Shown here in pieces: positions 38,261-64,000 of a DNA stretch of 64,000 nucleotides. Every line of letters starts with the position of its first letter. The first letter of the stretch is position 1. The notes under the pieces were generated by a model. That model was given only the letters and a program-made list of their open reading frames with translations, had not been told where the DNA came from and ran no database searches. The DNA is taken from positions 12,586,001-12,650,000 of the forward strand of contig CM022672.1 of assembly GCA_012295275.1 (NCBI GenBank), given 5' to 3'. Source of the DNA: Chrysomallon squamiferum. Taxonomy: Eukaryota > Animalia > Mollusca. A program made the translations under genes and the position numbers.

Positions 38261-39917
38261 TTGTATATACTGTATATATATATATACACACAGACACACA
38301 CACATACACACACATACAAACAGACGTATAAGGCTTAAGATAACTGGACTATATATCTATTTCATGTGGGTTTGATTTCATAATAAGTAAATTGCTTATA
38401 GAATAAATAGAAATTAAAAAAGGTTGAGTTGTATTTTTCTTCCTCCTTTTTTTTTTTTTTTTTTTTTTTCTCAACCATCTTCGCTGTGATAAATAAAACA
38501 TGATGTGAAGTGTTTTGAGATAAACAAAGCAACGGTAAAACAATTAGGTCCGGATCTAGATATATTTGTAAGGGAAACTCTCGTCTGCTGATATGTTCTA
38601 AAATTAATCTGCAATATTATAGTACTTTATGGGGAAAAGGTAATATTTTTTTTTTTTAAGCAAAAATCATTAGCAACATGACGAAGGATTTAAGAATTTT
38701 TCATGTACAATAGATTTACTTCACTTGAAGTATAAAACTCACACACGAACTATGCAAACTGAAACCAATCAATTAAAACAGTGACTAGGATTAATATATC
38801 TAGCCGTGACATGCTTCCGTTATAAATAATTACGAATACAGTTCATCAATTACATGTATTTCATTTATGATTACACAACCAAGGATGTTAAAATGTTTGG
38901 GCCCGCCACTAGTTGAGAAACAAACAGAGTTCGGTATATTTATATTTAATTTGCATTGATTTTAATTTGATGGTATTCTCCTGGCATACAGAGAAAATAT
39001 ATCCCATGATAGGTAAAAAAAAAGTTTCTTAGATTTTCTTCTAATAATAATAAAATGTATTTAAATTTTGATAATAATGTTATATACTTTGTCAATTTAA
39101 GTAATAATAATAATGATAATGATGACGACGACGATGATGGTGGTGATAATAATATTAATAAATAATTAAAAACATAAAACAATAAAAAGAATAATAGAAA
39201 AAACAATTATATAAAAAAAAAAAAAATAATAATAATAAAAGAACAACAACACTAACAGAAAATAATATCTGTTACATACTTCTTTTTTTTTCCTTTTAAA
39301 TTCATTGCTTTTAAATAGCCTACAAAAAGGCCTTATTGCAGAGTTAGTTGTCTTGGCGATCTGTTTACATGGAACATTGTCCTTATCATGAGTTAAGTTT
39401 TTCTTCCACTGATTCACAACTATTTCACAAATTTTTAAAATTTACTTTTTTTTAAAAGTCATCTCCTTAAAATTTATTTTTCTACTCTTTCTTAATGATT
39501 TCTGTACTGAATTTAGACAAAAGTATCTTCTTTAACATATCTCTCTACCTATACACACACACGTACATACATATACGCTGAATGCGTTACCATGGTTACT
39601 TGTCATGCTTTACACGAACACTCTAAACACTCAGTCTAATTAAATAGATTAATTTGTGACATTTTTAGTACTCATGTTCATATAAATTTATAATTTAATA
39701 TTTAAAATTTAAATTTTTCTGTATATATATGGAAGAAGATAATATGATTCTCAGTTTCACATTTGAGCTAATCCGAAATCTCAATCTGGTGCTAGGAAAA
39801 ACATTTTATTCTCTCTCACATTAACACTATAGTATTAAAATTCTGTGGAAATATTTAAAAAACACTAGTATTAACACAATGTTGAGTGGTCAATAAATAT
39901 TTGTTTTTAATTCATGA

Positions 39918-39959
<42 letters not shown>

Positions 39960-40348
39960 TAATTTAGAAAAAAAAATCCAGCCATTAACTGATATAATTG
40001 GGTAAATGATAATTAAATTGTGACGTATACATTTATGCTTGTTACACTGAAGAAACCACAAAAGATGGCGGTCTGGTTCTGTACAGCTTGGGATGTAAAT
40101 CCAAACAGGTGGGAGAACTTATATTGTCGTCAAAACTGAAATTCAAAGAATGTGTATTATTTCACTGATCATTTACAGTCGTTGACCAAGATGTATGTTT
40201 ACACTTGTTTAGATCTAACAAGATATAGGATTGGCATTATTTGACTAATAAGTAATATCTTTTACATTATTACCCTAATTTCTGACTGATTACGTCGTCC
40301 GATTAAAAATGAATCATATCATTACTTTTTTGTTTAAGAAATTACGTG

Positions 40349-40609
40349 TATGTTGTAATGGGGCAACACTGAGGCAAATGAGGCAAATGCTGACGACTTT
40401 CAATTTTTTTTTTTTTTTTTTTTTATTACAAATATTTTATTTCAAAAATATAAACGATAAAACTCTATTTCGATAGAAACGATATCCACTGAATAAATTC
40501 GATTATGTTCACGGTTACCGTTTGAAGTCTACCGACATCGTTGCGATACAAGACATAACTGTGATTAAATGTTTTTGCCACATTTCAATGATTGTCTAGT
40601 TATGGCATG
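40349..40609. mobile_element. MITE-like element, copy 2 (same family and orientation as 26285-26511)
   Basis: Shares with copy 1 the blocks acactgaggcaaatgaggcaaatgc, aaaaatataaa..ctctatt.cga.agaaacgata.ccactgaat.aattcg and gattaa.tgtttttgcc.catttcaa..gtctagtt. Its right end TAGTTATGGCATG is the near-perfect reverse complement of the left end of copy 1. Confidence 0.7.
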
Positions 40610-42087
40610 ATTACAAACATTCTAACCATATTTTCGTGAATTTCTTAAAAGCCCAACTGGTCAGTTTTATAACGAAAAGAAGAAAATGATTTACAGAAAA
40701 AGATCTCAGCAGACAGTGACACAATCAGAGTAATTAAAACATTCTTATCATTTTATTGTTATATAATTTTATCTACTTGCTGATCAACCATGAATTCCAA
40801 ATATCAAAAATCAGAATGTACATTTCCACATGTTGCTTGCGATAATGTGAGGAAATTTTCTACATTCTTCCCATGAGTTACTTTCTTCTTCTTTTTTTAA
40901 AAATTATTATTATTATTTTTAGCAAGAATGGACGTACCCTCCCACAAACAGTGAAACACCTTTCACAGTCTTTGTTGAAACATGCATGGAACCCAGGCTG
41001 GAGCAGGAAATACTGCAAAGCAGTAGCAATGTGAAACAAGGTTCATACCAATGGATTATAATAATATACGTGAATGGCAGGTTTTGTATTTTAAGAGAAA
41101 GATCTGTTTATGAATGTTATTAAATGTTTTATGCAATTTAAGGGTCAGAAGGAAGTCAACACTCCATATGTACTGAATTAGTTACAGTTGTTTTTATAAA
41201 TGATGAATTTTATTGTTTTTATGGTTATTATTGTTCAAATATAACTATCAATAGTTTTGCTTACTACTACTTCTACTACTACTATTAAAATTATTACTCC
41301 TGCTGTTGGTGCTGCTACTTCAACTAGTACTATCACCACCATTGAAGCCACTACTAACAACAAAAATAATTTTAAAAAATAAAAAAAGAAGAAGAAATAA
41401 AAAATAAAGCAACAGACACAAAAGACAGTTGACAATGTTTTATTATAATAATTTTTTTTTTTCACTACAGTATAAGACATTATTAGACCCGTTTGTTTTG
41501 CATACAGGTTTAACAACAAAATAGAGTTTGAAATCATTTTATATCTATATAAGCATGTCAACTACTATAACCCTCATGGACATGAAATTTTATTTTATTA
41601 TTATTATTTTTTTTATACAGCAGAAACGAAAAAAATGAATTAAAACCCCAAATCCAAAAATGTTCCAATCACAAAGTAAAATAAAAATAAAAAAAATAAA
41701 AAAAAAATGTTGTATTTGATACCCAGTTTTTGAAATAATAGCAAAAAAAAATTATGATACATATTTTGCAGAAATGAAATAGTTATTTAACCAACTCTAT
41801 ACTGTCATTTTTTTTTTTTTTATAATTATACAAGACAATAACACTTAACTGACAATTTGAATACATTTAAATGTTTAACAAAATCTGCAGTTTTGTCAGA
41901 ACAGAAATCTATTTTCAGTATTGACATTTAATAACAGTTTGCTATTAGCAATATCTTTCACAACAAACATTTTACTATTAATCTCTTTCTGAATACAAAT
42001 AAACTAATTTATTATAAATTCCATACTGATGTGTTATAAATCTTCAAGACATAAATGGAAAAAAAAAAAAAAGTTATAAAAGTTATA

Positions 42088-42124
<37 letters not shown>

Positions 42125-45100
42125 GCAAAACAAAATTGTTTTTAAAATTTAAAAATTTAATTAAAAAAAAAAAAGTATTTATATTTTGGGTCATTCCAAT
42201 TACAGTAATTATTCAGCATCATTAATTAACATACAACTGATTCTGTATCTACAATAAAAAAAAATTAAAAATAATAATTAATAATAAAAATCATTAACAT
42301 TAATATTATCATCAACAATATTCTATTAAAAATCAATATAGTGTTTCAATTTTGAAATTATTTAATTACAATTAGCAGATTATGAAATTTGCTAATTATA
42401 ATTACTTACATTATTTAATTACTATTATTGAATTATAAAATTTGTTAACATCTTAATTATTGACATTGTCAATGTGAAAAAAAGAAGTTATTTAATTGAA
42501 CTTATTAGATTTTAATAATTATCAAAAATCACCAAACACTATTAAATAAATTTTGTCCTTTTGCTTTATATGTACAGTTATTGTGTTATTCATCATTAAA
42601 ATGAGGATTTAAAAAAATAATTAAAAATCCCAACAAAACACACAAAAACCATAAAAAATTCAACCAACCAACAACAGAAATACAGAAGAATCAAATTAAA
42701 TATCATTAATAAAAAATTTCTTTACAATGAAATGAATATGAAATTTATTTTAAGTTCTGTAATATACATATAGTTGTCAACTATAATAAGTTATTTTTTA
42801 TGATATGTATTCTCACAGTAATTTTTTAGTCTGTCTGGTAAATTCTACAATAAAACCTGTGTTTGTATTTCACATGTATTTTTCAAACATGCAGGAAATA
42901 ATTAAATTTAATAAGAATAAAAAATAAAAAACAAAAAAAAACCTCTCTGTTTTGAAGTAGATACACTCATGTCCAACAATATAATTATTCACCAAATAAG
43001 GAACAACTTTTAGCTGAAAAATCCTGAGTTTTGTAAATATATACTCTGTATAAAATGTAAATCAGTTTGATTAATGGACTGATGATAAAACTGACTAGCT
43101 CTTTTTTTTTTTTAAATATCATTTTAAACAGTCCACTGAGAAAATGAACCAAGTCTTTCTGAAATTGTATTGTCAAGTTTAAAATTAATTGGCAGTTCAG
43201 CTGATGCAGTGAAATATTAACAGTTGTAGCTCTTGGAGGTTGTAACATTCAATTAACTATACACATTCTTGAAATATTAACATTTAAAACTAATGGGCAA
43301 ATTGGTTAATTAAAATAGGTTTAGCTGTTAATAATATGCATTTCTGTAAACTTTAATTAACCAAGCTTTATTGAAATGGTATTATAAAAGCTTAAATATT
43401 CATTTCACAGTGCTCATGCCTGGGATATTAGTATTGTATGATAAAATAAATAAGATTTTGTGAACAGTTCTGATTAATGTGTTCTGAAAACATTCTGATG
43501 TGTTCAAGTTTTTGTCTGGCTGTGAAATGTATATACATAATTCAACGCAATGTACTGAATGAAATGAACCTAATTTTTAAAAAAAATCTTGTCCATTATG
43601 AACCTAACCTCTCACATAATGATGACTGAACTAAACTAAACTTTGTGAATAGTTTTGGCTTCAACACTCTGCTTATGATGTTCCCATCCTAAGATGTCAA
43701 CCGAGAGATTTAAACTAAAGTCATGAATGAAGTGTAATTTATAAACACTTTGGTAGCATAGCAACTTGATAATAAGTGTTTTTATTGAAAATGCATAACA
43801 CTATTTCAAATAAATACCACTGAATCTGATGAATTAATGTTTGTAAATAGTTTGGCAATTAATTTTCTCATTCATTCAGACATGAATTAGAATATCTGCA
43901 TGTTTCAAAATGACATTAATTAAAATCTATTTTGTATCAGTGTTACAAAATAATACACAAGCATGGATGTTTAAGGATATATTCAATATATCAGTATATA
44001 TATATATATATGTATATGTATATATATTACATATAATGTGTATGGATCACACATATCTGTTGTCTTTAGTAAAAAAAAAAAATATTAAAAAAATAATACA
44101 CTCCAAACAATCCTTTTTTCTTCTCAAACGAGAAACCAATAATTTATATATATATAATATATAAAAAATGAAATTCTAAAATGAAATTTTAATTTTTTTA
44201 AAAACTGAAAAGAATTCACACTATGAGTAAAATATTTTCTAAAAATAAAGCATTGTATTAATATAACATAAAACATTTTGGTTTTGGATTTATAATAATT
44301 ATTTGAACTAATGATCTGTCTTTGCATTGATGGATTTAGTTTCTTTTGTGTACACAAATATGTTTACATGTATAGTATGCTTACAGCTTGTTTTGTTTGA
44401 CTATATTATGTATACATGTATTTATGTGTGTATAATGTACACTCTTGTGTTTACATGTCTCTTGTTGGTACACACTCATCTATATTTTATATATGGACAT
44501 ATTTATATGAAAGAGTTTCTTCACATATAAGAATGTGTTTTAATAAAACACTTAGTTTAAACTGGCTTATTAACGAAAACAAAATTCTTTAAAACCTAGT
44601 ATAAAAATCTCTACCTCACACACAAACTACTAGCACAAATTAAACGTCTGTAAATACACACACCAATAAACACAATCACATTAATTAGAGTTCACATTTT
44701 ATTATTTTATGGAGTTTTTAAATCATCTGTAAAACATTCAGTATTTCTAAAGAAAATTTTTTTAAAAACTCAACAAACAATAACACAATTTACAAATCAA
44801 TACAACACATTTTATAATCAGTTTATTTGTGTTTGCTATGAATGTTTACGAGTAACTTGAATACAGCACCCTTTTAATTAAGAAAGAATCGAAATAACAA
44901 ATAAAAATGCCCAGAAAACTATACAACAGTATAATAAATCAGTCAAGATTAACTCAAAATAGAATGATAAAATATTAAACTGCAAAACAATGGAAAGAAA
45001 AGAAAAGTCTGGTTGTTACAATGAAATCATTGGATGTGAAGTTCTCTGCCACAAATTCATTGATAACGGAATTCAACAACAAAAATTACACAAATAAAAT

Positions 45101-46000
45101 CTGTTTTTATCTTCATGTGAAAAGCCAGAAAAACATTTGTAGGTCAAAATTATTTTTGAAATGTCGACCCTAGAAATCTTTCTGAATAGCCAGTGCTATC
45201 AACAGAGAACAGTTAGAGTTGTTCTTAAATGACAAAACTAACTAAGATTGTTCACTTTAGAACCAGACCAAAGCAACCTTTCCCACAGGCAGTGCTATTA
45301 GCAGAATACTTGTGATGTTTTAGGTGCAAAAAAAAGAAAAAAAAGAATCAATGCTGGATATTCTGAATATGCAAAAAAAAAAAAAAATATATATATTCTA
45401 GGTGTGAGCCTGATTTGTTAGTAAAAAAATTATGATTTTTTTTTTTTATATGCAAATCAAAACGGGACAATATGAATATGACAAAAAAAAGAAGAAGTTT
45501 TAAATCCCAATGTTATGACCATCTTGCTATCAAGCAATGATATTATTTATAAAATGGAAATATGTTCTGATGCACACTTTAGCAGAAAGAAAAAAAAAAG
45601 ATGAATGGGTGATGTCAGGGCTGTTGTAATTATTTCACTAAAATGAAAATAGAAATTTTCATATTGCTATATGTGCCAAAATGTTTCTTTTCCACTGTGA
45701 AAATAACATTTTCTTGTTGTTATTATCAGTCATGTTAAGAATTTTACAGTTTATACTGACACAGAAAATAAACCCCATGCTTACTTAAGAAAACACATGA
45801 TTAACTACTGAAACAACATTATTTGTGTAACCATGATGATCTAAATGCAATATTTTTGTAATGCCTTCATATGACTGCAATGAGAAAACACTTTAATGAC
45901 ATGCCAAGTTCTGATGCAACTTATAGTTATCTGTTTTTTGACAAGGAATTCATGTCAGATAAATAAATGTAATATGCCTTGAACTGGCTGTGCTTCTTTT

Positions 46001-46238
46001 GTATATTTAGACTACTAATCAAAATTATGTAGATGTTTTCTTCTTTATTTTCAAAATTATGAAGATGTTTTCTACTTTATTTTCAAAATTATCAAGATGT
46101 TTTCTTCTGTATTTTCAAAATCATCAAGATGTTTTCTTCTGTATTTTCAAAATTATCAAGATGTTTTCTTCTTGATTTTAAAAGTGATAAAGGTGTTTCT
46201 TTTGAATGTCAGTATATTTAGACTACTAATCAAATTTA

Positions 46239-46255
<17 letters not shown>
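46001..46255. repeat. 32-bp tandem repeat (~7 copies) containing the SLC7 stop-codon region
   Basis: Unit tcaaaattatcaagatgttttcttctgtattt at 46019, 46051, 46083, 46115, 46147, 46179 (decayed) and 46230. The flanking gtatatttagactactaatcaaa is duplicated at 46001 and 46212. Confidence 0.9.
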
Positions 46256-61386
<15,131 letters not shown>

Positions 61387-62388
61387 TTTAATATTATTTA
61401 TGCAGTAACAGTTTAACACATATACTCGCCGGTGCACTTCTATGCGAACGATCTGGCACTGCACAACAGGAAATGGACCGGACGGGTGGCAATTACTTCC
61501 AAATGCATCTCCTCGTTATCCTTTTTAATGTGTCTAGTTAGGTCAGAATTGCACTGATTTAGCTTTCCGTCAATGTTTCATCATAATCTTTATCGACATA
61601 GACAAAGACTGACAAATAACCGGCGCTGTCCCTATACACACGTGGTCGTGTTATATTGATTACGGACGAAATATCTTTGTCGTATTTTCCACAAAGCGCG
61701 TCGCCGAATCCGACGAATTCCACACAACAACGACCCGACGGAGCTGTCGTCGCCTTTGCAGTGCCTTTGTGCACACAAAGCGAGAGAATTATCTCGACGG
61801 TGTTGTATAATAATATAAGTAAAAGTGCTTGTGCTAAACGATAGCGAAGTGACAGTGTGGGTGTCGGTTTACCTTGCGGCTTGTGACCCAGACCCGTGTG
61901 GGATATAACAGACAGTGTATACTGCCTCAGCAAAAGTTTCTGTCGTGCAGTATTGATAGAATATCGATCTGCAATCGTTTTTTGTTTCTGTTTCTGTTTT
62001 TGTTTTTTTTTTTGCATCAGATAACTAATGTTCAGTCACAAACAGATAAACAGAAAGACAGCAACATTAACATATATTCTGAAACAATTTAGGTGTTCGG
62101 ATGTGAGTGTGAATTAATCAGAAGGGTTATTGTTACTTTTAGTTTACTGAACTTTTCAACTGAATACGGATTGAGACTGAATACGGATGTATATACATTT
62201 TCACACACACACACAAACACACATTCATACACAAAAATACATATATACACAAATACAAATACAGAAACACTTGACATATACATACTTAAGTACTTACACA
62301 CATAAATAAAATACATATATACACAAATACAAATACAGAAACACTTCATATATACATACATAAGTACTTACACACACGCGCGCACACG

Positions 62389-62432
<44 letters not shown>

Positions 62433-63337
62433 ACAAATATACCAACTGATTTAGAGGTAGGCACAAATAGAAGAGATATCACTGGACTAACAGAAATCGG
62501 ATGTAATCAGACTGAAAGACAGACGTCCATACAGACATTTTATAAACAAAGGTACGGCAGAAGGGTCCATGAACTTGTAAAAACGTGGATGAACGTGACC
62601 TTTCTCATGTATCAGCAGTCCAGACACCATCCTGTTTATTGCGAAACGTCTTCGACTATTTCGTGAAGTGGAAAGCGTTCACTGAACCAACACAATACTC
62701 AGAGAAATACTCTGTTGTCCAAACACTCTGCTGAACCAAGCCTATGTAATTATGGCGCAGTGATCCAGCGCGTTGAATATTTTATTTTTTTTTTTTTTTT
62801 TCTGATGTCGCGTCTAAAGCATTAATAATTTAAAGTAACCACATAGAAACAAAAAATATATAAATAAATAAATAATCAATAATAAAATTATAAATTATAT
62901 AATTTGAAATAATAATGACAAAATCATGACAAAACAAATAAACCTTTTACTATAATTTGTTTGAAAAAAAAAAAAAAAAAAAAAAAAAAATTATCAAAAA
63001 TTTATATCCTTTCTTTATCTAGCCCATCTGCTACTATTACTGTTATTATTTAAGAGTGAAAAGAAAGACAGTTTTATCATAATTTATATTATTATGTTTT
63101 AATCGTGCAATCTGACAGGTATACAGCTTGATCTACGTTTGCCGCTGTGATACTGAACTCCTAAGAAATCTCCGAGGATTTCTCTCAGCCATTCTTCTCT
63201 ACGATAGTTAGCATACCACGCGCATAGGAAACTCTCTACCGATCTTATTGATTTCGCATTAATATCACGTCTCGGATTACGTTCGAAAAAAAAAGTATTT
63301 CCTAAGAAAATTCTTATATATTACTAGAGAGAGGCTG

Positions 63338-63427
<90 letters not shown>

Positions 63428-63740
63428 TTAGCTTTATCAGAAAAGCAATTCATTTTTCGTAACTAAAGGGAAGATTGCCTGAGGTAACAACATCTACTGG
63501 CTGAATGTGATTTAGACATAATCTCATTAGTAGGCTTTATTGATTGATTGATTGCATTCAGTTTTTTTTTCTCCTCTGTATTAAATATATCAGAATATAA
63601 ATGTCAAATCGTTGTTTGAAATGGGTTTTTCGTTCTTTGTGTATGTACGGCAGTGCACTGCATTACCGTTGTTTTTGTTATTATTATATTTTGATAACTG
63701 TTCTGTCCACACCAGATATTTATCAATATATTTTTAAAAA

Positions 63741-63776
<36 letters not shown>

Positions 63777-63780
63777 TAGA

Positions 63781-63811
<31 letters not shown>

Positions 63812-64000
63812 CTTTTTAATATTGGCTGTCATTTCCCGTTAAACTGCAGTGCATGCAGAGAGTTATTTTACCTTTCGATTCCTCGCTACCAACAAATCAA
63901 ATTCTTGAGAGTAACTAACTCATACGGTGGCTACAGCCAATTTCTTCTTTTATATTATCATAAAAAAATACAATAAAAGCATGATCGATACCTATTATCC

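Noticed and set aside
40061-40072. YY1-like AAGATGGCGG between the convergent kinase and SLC7 genes
   Set aside because: I could not build downstream exons or an ORF; a single motif is insufficient to call a promoter or gene.
61559-62017. 152-aa minus-strand ORF upstream of the SLC7 start
   Set aside because: It begins in a low-complexity tract and spans the GC-richer promoter/leader region; no domain signal or splice support.

Overview
Very AT-rich, microsatellite-dense, intron-containing animal DNA. The repeat landscape and gene set suggest a mollusc, possibly a gastropod (inference). I reconstructed four spliced protein-coding genes by hand, with consistent exon phases. (1) The 5' part of a minus-strand gene encoding a signal peptide and ectodomain, running off the left edge; probably EVC2/limbin. 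(2) Head-to-head with it, a 24-exon plus-strand gene (5270-23270, 963 aa) with an N-terminal membrane anchor and a long coiled-coil; EVC-like. The two share a compact bidirectional promoter with an RFX X-box-like palindrome and YY1 and ETS motifs. (3) A 15-exon plus-strand gene (27569-37028, ~1044 aa) encoding a cytoplasmic protein with a helical N-terminus, two tandem tyrosine-kinase-like domains that both look catalytically dead, and an SH2/SH3-docking tail. (4) An 11-exon minus-strand SLC7 L-type amino acid transporter light chain (46239-61386, 495 aa). The most striking non-genic pattern is that local tandem duplications repeatedly copy splice sites or the stop codon of three of these genes, creating arrays of decoy donors and acceptors. 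Gene names rest on motifs, topology and gene arrangement; no database search was possible.
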